Positions 8,867 to 17,834 of a DNA stretch of 64,000 bases are shown here, piece by piece. Positions within the stretch are counted from its first letter, which is position 1; every line of letters starts with the position of its first letter. A program made the position numbers and the translations under genes. Below the pieces are notes generated by a model. The model saw only the letters and a list, made by a program, of their open reading frames with translations, was not told the DNA's origin and searched no databases. The stretch is taken from the NCBI GenBank assembly GCA_019244415.1, contig JAFASN010000112.1, positions 2,265 through 66,264 on the forward strand, given 5' to 3'. This DNA is from Verrucomicrobiota bacterium (GTDB lineage Bacteria > Verrucomicrobiota > Verrucomicrobiia > Chthoniobacterales > UBA10450).

Positions 8867-9648
8867 TGAAGCGGCGAGGCGGGCCCGGGGTTCTGAATGC
8901 GCTCGCCTGGCTCGGACTTGCACTGCTCACCGCATCATTTCTCGTACTCACTTTGCAGCCGCCGCGGCAGATTCCGCGAGGCGCGATGCAGCAGCGGGTA
9001 CGTGAGCCGTTCGCTGTTGTCGTCATCGACCCAGGGCACGGCGGCGCTGATTCCGGCGCGATGGCGGGCAACATTCTGGAAAAAGATCTGACGCTCGATA
9101 TCGCGCATCGGCTCGAGCAGCGGCTTGCGTCTGAAGGCGTGGCCACAGTCATGACCCGTGTGGGAGATTCGTATGTGGCGCTGGCCGAACGCGCAGCGTT
9201 GGCGAACCGCGCGAACGACGCTGTCTTTATCAGCATTCACGTTAACGACGGTTCACGCGCACTGGCCACCGGAGTCGAGACGTACTTTGCCGCGCAACAA
9301 AACACACCGGCGACGCGGCTGGCCAGTTGGCTGCCGTTTCTGCAGAAGGTTTCCCAACAGGCGCCAAACGTGCAGAGTCAAAGTCTGGCTGGGTTCATCC
9401 AGCAGGCGCTTGTCACTCAGACACACGCCACTAACCGCGGCACGAAAGCAGAGCAGTTTTATGTCCTCGCTAATGTGCGCCATCCGGCGGTGCTGGTGGA
9501 AACCGGTTTTCTCACCAACAAAGACGAAGCGGACAAATTATGTGACGCCAATTATCGCGAGCAAATCGCGCAGGCGATCAGCTCCGGCGTACTAAAATAT
9601 CGCGAGGCGCTGCGGGGGCAGCGGGCTATTGAAGGTGGCTCTGAATAA
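8863..9648 (+). CDS. N-acetylmuramoyl-L-alanine amidase (Amidase_3 type), membrane anchored
   Basis: N-terminal TM helix, VVVIDPGHGGADSGA, VFISIHVN, ETGFLTNKDEADKL. The start overlaps the prcA stop. Confidence 0.85.
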   Translation: MMKRRGGPGVLNALAWLGLALLTASFLVLTLQPPRQIPRGAMQQRVREPFAVVVIDPGHGGADSGAMAGNILEKDLTLDIAHRLEQRLASEGVATVMTRVGDSYVALAERAALANRANDAVFISIHVNDGSRALATGVETYFAAQQNTPATRLASWLPFLQKVSQQAPNVQSQSLAGFIQQALVTQTHATNRGTKAEQFYVLANVRHPAVLVETGFLTNKDEADKLCDANYREQIAQAISSGVLKYREALRGQRAIEGGSE

Positions 9649-9682
9649 GGCGAAATTCCGGGGCGTCCAAGTAGGCACAGCG

Positions 9683-10414
9683 ATGAGATGGAAATTCGCC
9701 ATTTTGCTGATGGTATCGGCGCAGCTCGCGTGGGCCGATGCGACCATCCAGCAGGCGCAGGAAGCACTGAAAGCGCAGGGCTATTATTATGGCCAGATTA
9801 CCGGAGAGAAAAATGCCGATACCGCTGCGGCCATCCGGCGCTTCCAGATTCGCAATGGCTTGCAGGTCACAGGCGAGCTGAACGACGAAACTTTGCGCGC
9901 GCTGAATTCAGACTCCGCTGTGGCGGTCGCCACCGCAACACCTGCCTCGGCAGAGCCGCGCACCGGGCAATCTGTCCAGCCGGAGCAGCGTAGCGATGAT
10001 TTGCGCGACGAAATTCCGCCACAACCGCCAGCGACAGCGCCTCGGATCGCGCGACCCTTGGATGACAGCTTCGCGCAGCCGCCGCCGGGCAATGCTGGTG
10101 GCGTATTTGCCCAGACACCGTACTCGACCGCACCGGCGCAATTGCAGCGCGAGATCCTTGCTGAGGTGGAGACTAGTTTGCGGCGTCGCGGTTTATACCA
10201 AGGCGCGACCGATGGCCTCTACGGCCCTGAACTGCAAGTTGCCCTGCGTAATTATCAGTCGCGCATCGGTCTTCCCCCGACCGGGCGGCTCGACATGGAG
10301 ACGCTCGCTTCACTCGGTTTGTTGCCGGGACAACATGGACCACGTGCGCCGCGTCGCTGGTTCGGGCCAAGGCCGATGCAAGAGCCGCCGGTCCGAGGCG
10401 AGTGGATCCATTAA
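9683..10414 (+). CDS. secreted protein with two PG_binding_1-type peptidoglycan-binding domains
   Basis: Signal peptide MRWKFAILLMVSAQLAWA. LKAQGYYYGQITGEKNADTAAAIRRFQIRNGLQVTGELNDETLRAL and LRRRGLYQGATDGLYGPELQVALRNYQSRIGLPPTGRLDMETL are separated by a Pro-rich linker. Confidence 0.75.
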   Translation: MRWKFAILLMVSAQLAWADATIQQAQEALKAQGYYYGQITGEKNADTAAAIRRFQIRNGLQVTGELNDETLRALNSDSAVAVATATPASAEPRTGQSVQPEQRSDDLRDEIPPQPPATAPRIARPLDDSFAQPPPGNAGGVFAQTPYSTAPAQLQREILAEVETSLRRRGLYQGATDGLYGPELQVALRNYQSRIGLPPTGRLDMETLASLGLLPGQHGPRAPRRWFGPRPMQEPPVRGEWIH

Positions 10415-10417
10415 CGC

Positions 10418-11224
10418 TTACTTGAAACGCGCTGACTGCAATTCAGCGGTGACGGTGCCGATGAAAATCTGGCCGTCGATGCGCAGCAGCAAACGATTGT
10501 CATCATCGGAAATCCAGATCGTGGCCCGGCGGAATTTCCGGTGCGGTTGCAGTTCATTGTTTTTGCCGATCCGCTGCAGGCGCAGATCGAGCTTGATGGC
10601 GTTGTAACTGCCGGCGTGCACGCGGATGTGATCGCGCCCAGTCACGGTGACGGTCGCGACGTAAGCCGCGTCAGCGGGATAAACAGCGACGCGATAGCTG
10701 CTGCCATCATGCAGCGGCTGACTGCGCAAATAAAGCAGAACAGACTGAAGATCGTTCAGCGGCTCGAGTTTAAAGTCCTTTGTACTCGTCTTCGGCGGGC
10801 TGCCCTCAACCCGTGTCCGGCTCACGCCGTCTTCGGAAAAGCGAAGGTGCGTTTCCTTTCTCCTTCCCCGGACGGTTTCGATCTGCTGCGCTTCGATCGG
10901 TCGCAATGTCTGCGCGTCAACCACTGATCGATAATCCACATCGTAATGCCAAAGTACACGAGCAAGGCCGACGGTCCCGCCATGTCCTTCCAGGACGAAG
11001 GTGGCGCCATTCCGGTGAAAGTAGATCTCCGCTGTGGCCGCGGTAATGCCGCTCCAGCCGAAGCTGTATGTGGCGCGCACCGGACGCAGGTCCGGGAAAT
11101 TGCCGCGTGGTTCTCGAGCGAGGGTCGCTTTCCAATCGCCACTGCCGCGCGCCGAGTGACCCAGGAGAATAACAACGCCTGCGGTCAGCGCCGCGGCGAT
11201 GGGGCGTAATCGCGGCCTTGTCAC
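10418..11224 (-). CDS. DUF3108-like secreted protein
   Basis: Signal sequence, ATYSFGWSGITAATAEIYF and overall beta-rich pattern. Family assignment is from memory only. Confidence 0.5.
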   Translation of the reverse strand: MTRPRLRPIAAALTAGVVILLGHSARGSGDWKATLAREPRGNFPDLRPVRATYSFGWSGITAATAEIYFHRNGATFVLEGHGGTVGLARVLWHYDVDYRSVVDAQTLRPIEAQQIETVRGRRKETHLRFSEDGVSRTRVEGSPPKTSTKDFKLEPLNDLQSVLLYLRSQPLHDGSSYRVAVYPADAAYVATVTVTGRDHIRVHAGSYNAIKLDLRLQRIGKNNELQPHRKFRRATIWISDDDNRLLLRIDGQIFIGTVTAELQSARFK

Positions 11225-11282
11225 AAAAGCAAAAACGCACGCAACACTGCGGCTGCGTGCGTTCGCAAAAGCAGAAGGCCGG

Positions 11283-11966
11283 TTACGGTTTCCGCGGCGA
11301 AGCGGAAGGCGCCGGTGAGCTCAATTTTAATCCAGTCGCGGGCGAGTGCGTCGCGGGGGCGATCGGCGGAAGTGTTGTGTCTGTACTTAGGGTGCTGACG
11401 CGGCCCGGCTTGTTCAACGCGGCGATGACGTCGTTAGTGAAATCGTAGTTGTCGCGCGAGTACATGACGAGCGGAACGCCATTGAGACTCATGCCCGATT
11501 TATCGAACACCAGATCCATGCTCTGGCTCTTTACGCGCTCCATCACGATATCGGTAATTTCCTTGACGATGCCTTCGCGCATGCGCATGGCCTGCTCCTG
11601 CAACTGCCGCTCGCGCGTTTGCCGGAACTCGGTGATCTCGCGCTCCATGTTTTTCACATTATTGATCTTGTCGTCGCGATCCTTGGCCGTCTGCGTCTTT
11701 TTGTCTGGGCTGAGCGCGGGTGAATCGAGCTGTTTGTTGAGCGCGTTCACTTCCTCGAGCGCTTTCTTGTAAGCGTCAGCGCGATCATCAAACTCCTTCT
11801 TGGCCGAATCACGCGCGGCGTTGATTTTGGCCTCCGCTTCCTTGGTTTTGCTGTACTCCTTGAAGGCGCGGTTCATGTCCACGGTGCCGATCTTGAGAGA
11901 TTGCGCTGAGGCAGCGAGCGGTAGCGTGATGGCGGCGCCGAGCGCGAGTGAGAGAAGCTTCTTCAT
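11283..11966 (-). CDS. skp: OmpH/Skp family periplasmic chaperone
   Basis: MKKLLSLALGAAITLPLAASAQ signal, LKIGTVDMNRAFKEYSKTKEAEAKI, long charged coiled region. Directly downstream of bamA. Confidence 0.8.
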   Translation of the reverse strand: MKKLLSLALGAAITLPLAASAQSLKIGTVDMNRAFKEYSKTKEAEAKINAARDSAKKEFDDRADAYKKALEEVNALNKQLDSPALSPDKKTQTAKDRDDKINNVKNMEREITEFRQTRERQLQEQAMRMREGIVKEITDIVMERVKSQSMDLVFDKSGMSLNGVPLVMYSRDNYDFTNDVIAALNKPGRVSTLSTDTTLPPIAPATHSPATGLKLSSPAPSASPRKP

Positions 11967-12013
11967 AACAATGGTGGGATAAGTGGCGTTAGACTGTAGG
12001 TGGGTGATGGTGT

Positions 12014-14356
12014 TCAAAATTGATAACCGACACTGAAATTAAACTTGCCCCGGCGTGGATTATTATCCTTCTGAATCGGGTAGCCATAATCCACGCGTAA
12101 TGGGCCGATCGGCAAGTCGAGGCGTATGCCGATTCCGGCGTCAGAAGCAAGGTTCGCCGCGGTAAAGTCATACGCGCCACTCTCGACGAAGCCAGTGTCG
12201 TAGAAAACAGCGAATCGTGCTTTGTCCACGATCGGGAACGTGTACTCAACCGTGGCGCGTGCCAGCGTCTGCCCGCCAAGCGGTTCACCCTGTACATCCT
12301 TCGGACCAACGTCGCGAAAATCGAATCCGCGCAGGTTGTTAGAGCCGCCGAGAAAGAGTCGATCGTAAATGCGCACCCGATCGCCATTGCCCCACGCATC
12401 AACCGTGGCGAGCTCGCCATCGATCAACAAAATCCCGTCCCACGGCAGGTGAAAATATTTCGTTCCCTGCAAGTCGAACCCATAAATTTGCTCGTTGCCG
12501 CCAAGCGGCCCGCCCGAGACGTAGGCCGTGAGGGAAATGCGCTCGCCGTGGCGCGTGAGGAAGGGATTGTCGCGCCGGTCGTAAACGAGTTCACCAGTGA
12601 TCTGGCTTTTCGTCGAGCTGCCAGCCTCCGCCGCGATTTCCGGTGAGACGCCGTTGGCAACGTTATAGATGTCGATGTCTTCGAAGCGGTACTCAAGGGT
12701 GCCGTAGGTGAATGGGAACAATCCTTTCCGCAGCGCGACGGATAGCCCGTAGTTCCGCTGGTCATACACTTGGCTGAGGTAATCGGCATCGTGATAAAAG
12801 AGCTGCCCACTGAGCGCGAGCGGCCGGTCCAGGAACCATGGCTCGGTGATGCCGATCTCAGCGTCTCGGCGCAAGCTGCCGGCCTGTAAACGAATGCGGA
12901 ACCTTTCTCCGCCACCGGTGAAGCTTGGCCAGTTGGTGATATCGAAATTGCTCTGGGTCAGCTCCACGAAGCCGACGATGCTATCGATGGTACTAAAGCC
13001 GGCGCCGAAATTGAGCGAGCCGGTGCGCTTTTCCTCCACTTGTACTTGCAGGTCCTTGCGCCCCTCCACCCCGGTATCGACCGGATACGTTTCCACCTTT
13101 GAAAAGTACCCGAGGTTCTCCAGGCGTTTCTTGCTCGTCTCCACGCGCACGGTGTTGAAGACATCACCGGGCGCGATGAGCACCTCGCGCCGGATCACTT
13201 TGTCTTTCGTGCGCGTGTTACCGACGATGTTGATGCGTTCAACAAACGAGCGGTCGCCCTCCTGGATCTGGTACGTCACATCGATCACGCCGCCGCGTGA
13301 GGGCGCGCTTTGCGGGATGACGTCTGATTCCACGTAGCCGCCCGTGCCATAAGCATCAGCGATCGCTTTCGCGTCATCGCGGATCGCCTTGGGCGAGTAA
13401 ACATCGCCTTCTTTTACTTTGAGCAAGGCCCGAATCTTCTGCTCCGTCGCCGCCTTATATCCGGTCACGGCGATTTTCCCCACGTGGTACTGCGTGCCTT
13501 CATCGACCACGATGACGATGTGTAATTTCCCGCTGGTCGTGCGTTCCTTGCGCACGTCGCGCACAGCCATGTCAATGTAGCCGTGGTTCTGGTAAAACTC
13601 GCGCACCTTTCCTAAATCCTGCTGGAGCTGTGCTTCATCCAGCCGCCCTGATTTATCGATGAAGGCGATGATATCCTTTTTCTTCGTCTTCATTTGCTTG
13701 CGCAAAATCTTCGCCGGGAAATGGGCGTTGCCCTCGAATTCCACCAGGCTGATCGCCCCACGCACGCCTTCATTGATGGTGTAAACCACGCGAGACGTCG
13801 CCCGCTTTGCATCCACCGGCTCGACCCGGAACGTCACCTGGACATCGGTAAAGCCGCGCCCCTGGTAAGTATCGAAAATTTTCTGGCGCCCTTTCTCCAG
13901 GTCCTCTTCTTTCACTGGCGCATTCAGTTTCACGCCGAGGTTTTTGCGCAGCTTCCTTGGGCTGATGCGCGTCGCGCCATCGATCTCGATCTCGGTCAAA
14001 AGCGAGCGCGTCTGGATCGCGACGATGACCCGCATGCCATCACTCTCCGGCTGGCCGAACACGCGCACATTCTCGAAGTCCCCCGTGTCGTAAAGCCGGC
14101 GGATGTCTTCCTCGGCCACGATCTCTGAGTACGGCTGGCCTATTTTCGTTCGCAATTGCGCCAGCACACGTTCGCGACTGATCGTCACCGGGCCGATGTA
14201 CTGGACATCGATTCTGCGCACGATCGGCGGTCCCTGGGGCGCCGGCTGCTCCATGTCTGGCGGTGGCGATTGCGCGCGTAACCCGGCCGCGGCGACTGTA
14301 CTCAGCAGCACAAGCAGCGCGAGCGTGCAGCGGCGGCGGAGCGAGTCATAAAGCAT
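12014..14356 (-). CDS. bamA: outer membrane protein assembly factor BamA
   Basis: 780 aa with repeated POTRA-like units (IRRIDVQYIGP.., ISLVEFEGN.., VERINIVGNTRTKDKVIRRE) and a C-terminal beta-barrel ending FNFSVGYQF. Confidence 0.9.
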   Translation of the reverse strand: MLYDSLRRRCTLALLVLLSTVAAAGLRAQSPPPDMEQPAPQGPPIVRRIDVQYIGPVTISRERVLAQLRTKIGQPYSEIVAEEDIRRLYDTGDFENVRVFGQPESDGMRVIVAIQTRSLLTEIEIDGATRISPRKLRKNLGVKLNAPVKEEDLEKGRQKIFDTYQGRGFTDVQVTFRVEPVDAKRATSRVVYTINEGVRGAISLVEFEGNAHFPAKILRKQMKTKKKDIIAFIDKSGRLDEAQLQQDLGKVREFYQNHGYIDMAVRDVRKERTTSGKLHIVIVVDEGTQYHVGKIAVTGYKAATEQKIRALLKVKEGDVYSPKAIRDDAKAIADAYGTGGYVESDVIPQSAPSRGGVIDVTYQIQEGDRSFVERINIVGNTRTKDKVIRREVLIAPGDVFNTVRVETSKKRLENLGYFSKVETYPVDTGVEGRKDLQVQVEEKRTGSLNFGAGFSTIDSIVGFVELTQSNFDITNWPSFTGGGERFRIRLQAGSLRRDAEIGITEPWFLDRPLALSGQLFYHDADYLSQVYDQRNYGLSVALRKGLFPFTYGTLEYRFEDIDIYNVANGVSPEIAAEAGSSTKSQITGELVYDRRDNPFLTRHGERISLTAYVSGGPLGGNEQIYGFDLQGTKYFHLPWDGILLIDGELATVDAWGNGDRVRIYDRLFLGGSNNLRGFDFRDVGPKDVQGEPLGGQTLARATVEYTFPIVDKARFAVFYDTGFVESGAYDFTAANLASDAGIGIRLDLPIGPLRVDYGYPIQKDNNPRRGKFNFSVGYQF

Positions 14357-14573
14357 AATCGGGAGAGCGTCAGATTACCGCCGCGGGGAAGGGCGGTATT
14401 ACTTCGTACGGACGCGATTATCGTCAAGCGGCAATTGCTTGCAAGCCTTCCACTAACAATCCGCTCGCCGGTGTGGCCGCGCGCCCCGCTGCTTGCGAGG
14501 GGCGCAAGGGGACGCATATTGGCGCGCCCGGCTCGGGGCATGCTACGGAAAACAAGGGTCCGCTGTTTAGCTC

Positions 14574-15668
14574 ATGAAACGCAAACGCCATTGGTACCGA
14601 TGGCCATTCTACATCGGGCTTTTTCTCCTCATCCTGCTCGTCATCGTCCGGGCGCTGCTGCCGTTTTGGGTGCGCGATTACGTGAACCGGAAGTTATCAG
14701 AAATGCCGGATTACCGCGGGCATGTGGCCGAGGTGACACTCCACATTTGGCGGGGCGCCTATCAAATTCACGGTGTGGACATCGAGAAGACGACTGGTCA
14801 CGTACCAGTGCCGTTTTTCTCCGCGCCGGTGATTGATCTCTCGGTGCAATGGCGCGCGCTTTTCGACGGGGCGCTCGTCGGTGAAATCGATTTCTACCAT
14901 CCGCAAATGAATTTCGTGAATGCGCCGAGCAAAGCCAACTCACAGGTCGGCATCGACAAACCGTGGACACAGACCATTAAGCAATTGTTCCCGCTGAAGA
15001 TTAACCGGTTTGGCGTTCACAACGGCGAAATTCATTACCGCGATTTTTCCAAAAAGCCGCCGGTGGATGTGGTGATGGACCGTGTGCAGATGGTCGCGAC
15101 CAATCTGACCAACAGCAAAAAATTATCCAAGAGCCTGGTGGCGGAAATCCAGATGCAGGGGCGGCTAATGCAGAGCGGTGAGTACAAGTCGCAGATTGCG
15201 CTCGATCCCTACGCGGCCAAGCCGACGTTCACCTATCGCGGCGAGCTGGAGGATTTGCCGCTGGTGAAGCTCAACGAATTTGCCAAGGCGTATGCCAGCA
15301 TCACGTTTGAGAAAGGCACGTTGCGCGTCGCCTCGGAGCTCACGTCGACCGATGGCGCGTTCAAGGGTTACGTCGAGCCGGTGTTTGATCACATGGCCAT
15401 CTTCAGCCCGGAGCACGATTCGGATAACCCGGTTGATTTCGTCTGGCAGGGAATCGTCGGCGGTCTAACGAGAATCCTTCGCAACCAGCCGAAAGATCGC
15501 TTTGGGACTAAAGTTCCGTTGTCCGGGAACTTCGACAATCCCAAACCGGCGATCATGACGACAATCCTGAATGTTTTCCGCAACGCCTTCATCCAGGCTT
15601 TCACGGGTACGCTGCAAGAGCAAAAGCGGCAGAATATCCCTGACGTAAACCCGAATAAGAGCGATTAG
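14574..15668 (+). CDS. DUF748/AsmA-like membrane-anchored protein
   Basis: N-terminal TM helix, then VNRKLSEMPDYRGHVAEVTLHIWRGAYQIHGVDIEK, typical of DUF748-type proteins (recognition only). Confidence 0.55.
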   Translation: MKRKRHWYRWPFYIGLFLLILLVIVRALLPFWVRDYVNRKLSEMPDYRGHVAEVTLHIWRGAYQIHGVDIEKTTGHVPVPFFSAPVIDLSVQWRALFDGALVGEIDFYHPQMNFVNAPSKANSQVGIDKPWTQTIKQLFPLKINRFGVHNGEIHYRDFSKKPPVDVVMDRVQMVATNLTNSKKLSKSLVAEIQMQGRLMQSGEYKSQIALDPYAAKPTFTYRGELEDLPLVKLNEFAKAYASITFEKGTLRVASELTSTDGAFKGYVEPVFDHMAIFSPEHDSDNPVDFVWQGIVGGLTRILRNQPKDRFGTKVPLSGNFDNPKPAIMTTILNVFRNAFIQAFTGTLQEQKRQNIPDVNPNKSD

Positions 15669-15674
15669 CCTGGC

Positions 15675-17540
15675 TCAGTTTTCCGGCGGGAGCACCACCA
15701 CCGGCGCGAGGTCGTTTGCCGGAAGCGCGTGCCGTGGCGGCGCGACCTTGCGCACCCGATGATGCGAGATCACGGGCGCGTCATTCACGTCTGGCAGCGG
15801 CGGAGTGACCACCTTCCTGCCGGACGGCAGCTCGAGTAGCCATTTGCCGTCACCGGTGGTTCCCACAAAGCGAGCCTGATCATTCCCCACGCGCATAACC
15901 GGAAGAGCTTCACCGTTGCCGCTGGATCGCTTGCTGGCGCGGCGCGCACCGGCCGTACTCGCTCGCGCCGATTTCGCTGTACTTTTCGCGAACTTTGTTT
16001 CGGGCGGGGCAACAGGCATTCGCGGCATCTGCTGGGCCGGCGTAGCAGGTGCAGGTTCGGCTTTCATTTCCCCGTCTTCGTTGTTCTGCTCGCGAGCGTC
16101 TCCAGCGAGTACGTCGAGATCGTCGCCGTTTTGCGGCGGCGAAGGTTCAGTACTCGATGAGGGCGGCGCTTCGGCCGGGGGCGCAGGTTCGGCCCGGTTC
16201 GCGGCGATCTGCACCGGAGGCGCGACAGGCGAAGACTGGGCGGAAGGAGCCGCCGTGGCGTTTTGCTGCGCAGCAGCGACCGCAGCCGCATTGTGAACTC
16301 CGGACTCGTCGCCCACGGTGGCGGACTGCGCGCCAGCGTCCGTGACGGCGGTACTCGGCGCGGTTGAGTTGGCGTCCCTTTGCTCAGGCCGCCTCTGCGT
16401 TTGGGCGCCTGTCGCAGCAATTGGCGCGGCGCTGTTCTGCGCAATGGCCGCAGGCGTTGGTTGGGCCGCCGGTTGCGTCTCAGCCGGCCGCGTTTCCGGC
16501 ACGCCCACGGGTACTCCAATTGAATCCAGCGGCTGGTCCCGATGCACCCACGCTCGTACTCGTTCGGGCAGCAGCACCGCTCCTAATCCGCAAAACAAAA
16601 GCAATGCCGCCGCTGCCGCTAACACCGGTCCGATGCGACTCCGACGTTTGAACTCCAGCGGTTCCAGCACCGCGCCGGGCCGCGTGTTCGCGCGGCGCCG
16701 TTCGAGTTTCTCCAGACAGCTGCGCAGTTCGTCCGTGAAGATGATCGGATCCTGCGGCCGCTCTTGCGGATTAATCCTGAGCATGCGGCGGAGTATTCGC
16801 CGTAGCGAGCGAGGAATGGGTGCGCCGCGCGGCAGCAAGCGCTCACCATCGCCCGACCGGCGCGCGCGGCCCGCCACCGGCACTGCACCGGTGAGAAGGA
16901 AACACATGGTCGCGCCAAGGGAAAAAATTTCCGAGCGGAAGTCCACTTTGCCCGTCTCCATCTGCTCAGGGCTGCCGAATGCAGGCCCGATCGAGGGCGC
17001 AAGTTCATCCGGGCCCTCTGAGTACAAACGCAGACCAGCAAGCCCGAAATTCAGCAGCTTGACAAACGGCCAGCCGCCATCCGGCGCCGCGCCATTGACG
17101 ATCATCAAATTCGAAGGCTGTATCGCGCGGTGACTCAGGCTGTGGAACGCCGCTTCGGCAAGCGCGCTAACGACCTGCAGCCCGATACGCACCACCGCAT
17201 CCGGCGGCATCGGCCCACGCTCCACCACCCACGCCTCCGCCGTTTCGCCTTCCACATATTCGCTCGCGAAAACAATGTGATCATCCTCCACTCGCGTCTC
17301 GAATACGCGTGCGACGTTCGGGTGCTTGAGCTTGCGCACGGCACGCGCCTTCGCCTCGAACTGGGCGCGACCGGTGTCGCTCACACTCGAGAGCGGGATG
17401 AGCTGGAGCGCGACGGCCTGGCCGCTTTGGTAACCCATCGCTTTGTAGGTGACGGCCGCGCCGCTGCGGCCAAGCTCACGCGGCGAGCCATCGTCGCCGA
17501 CACAGACGCAATAATTTTCCTCGAGAGCTGTCGCTGGCAT
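15675..17540 (-). CDS. membrane-anchored Hanks-type Ser/Thr kinase homolog, predicted pseudokinase
   Basis: Kinase fold is recognisable (LGRSGAAVTYKA, HPNVARVF, FGSPEQ, SLGATMCFLLTG), but VAIK reads VALQ, HRDxKxxN reads HRAIQPSN and DFG reads NFG. One TM helix, then a long Pro/Ala-rich tail. Confidence 0.75.
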   Translation of the reverse strand: MPATALEENYCVCVGDDGSPRELGRSGAAVTYKAMGYQSGQAVALQLIPLSSVSDTGRAQFEAKARAVRKLKHPNVARVFETRVEDDHIVFASEYVEGETAEAWVVERGPMPPDAVVRIGLQVVSALAEAAFHSLSHRAIQPSNLMIVNGAAPDGGWPFVKLLNFGLAGLRLYSEGPDELAPSIGPAFGSPEQMETGKVDFRSEIFSLGATMCFLLTGAVPVAGRARRSGDGERLLPRGAPIPRSLRRILRRMLRINPQERPQDPIIFTDELRSCLEKLERRRANTRPGAVLEPLEFKRRSRIGPVLAAAAALLLFCGLGAVLLPERVRAWVHRDQPLDSIGVPVGVPETRPAETQPAAQPTPAAIAQNSAAPIAATGAQTQRRPEQRDANSTAPSTAVTDAGAQSATVGDESGVHNAAAVAAAQQNATAAPSAQSSPVAPPVQIAANRAEPAPPAEAPPSSSTEPSPPQNGDDLDVLAGDAREQNNEDGEMKAEPAPATPAQQMPRMPVAPPETKFAKSTAKSARASTAGARRASKRSSGNGEALPVMRVGNDQARFVGTTGDGKWLLELPSGRKVVTPPLPDVNDAPVISHHRVRKVAPPRHALPANDLAPVVVLPPEN

Positions 17541-17616
17541 AAGACGTCGGGTAATTATTTAACCAATCGCTTTGACCGGTGATTCGAGCAAATCTTCGAA
17601 GGCGCAAGAGCGCGAG

Positions 17617-17687
17617 CTACCCCGCTTGGATTTGAACCAAGAATAACGCCTCCAAAGGGCGCTGTGTTACCGTTACACCACGGGGTA
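17617..17687 (-). tRNA. tRNA-Gln (anticodon TTG)
   Basis: The reverse complement folds as a cloverleaf. Acceptor stem TACCCCG/CGGGGTA, anticodon stem GCGCC/GGCGT with loop CTTTGGA, T-arm CTTGG-TTCAAAT-CCAAG. CCA is not encoded. Confidence 0.85.
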
Positions 17688-17704
17688 TGAGAATTTCAGA
17701 TTTT

Positions 17705-17725
17705 CGATTGCCGATTGCCGATTGC
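17705..17725. repeat. perfect tandem heptamer (CGATTGC)x3
   Basis: cgattgccgattgccgattgc, read directly, in the spacer between tRNA-Gln and efp. Confidence 0.8.
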
Positions 17726-17834
17726 AAGCGGCGCGGCGCGGTTGGGCTAGCCGAGTTGCGCGCGAGCGCGGCCGATGTAACAATTCGCGCTCTGCCACTC
17801 AACACCCCTCATTAGCCACTCTTCACTTCTTCCC

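Noticed and set aside
14433-14446. Sigma-54-like GGCAATTGCTTGCA upstream of the DUF748 gene, and the GGCAA..TTGC motif at 30341
   Set aside because: The GG-to-GC spacing is off by one (14433) or two (30341) positions from the strict -24/-12 geometry. They are kept only as members of the GCAATTG dyad observation.
17541-17834. tRNA-Gln as an integration hotspot or genomic island border
   Set aside because: No integrase, direct repeat of the tRNA 3' end, or foreign-looking gene block flanks it. The neighbours are efp and the kinase homolog.
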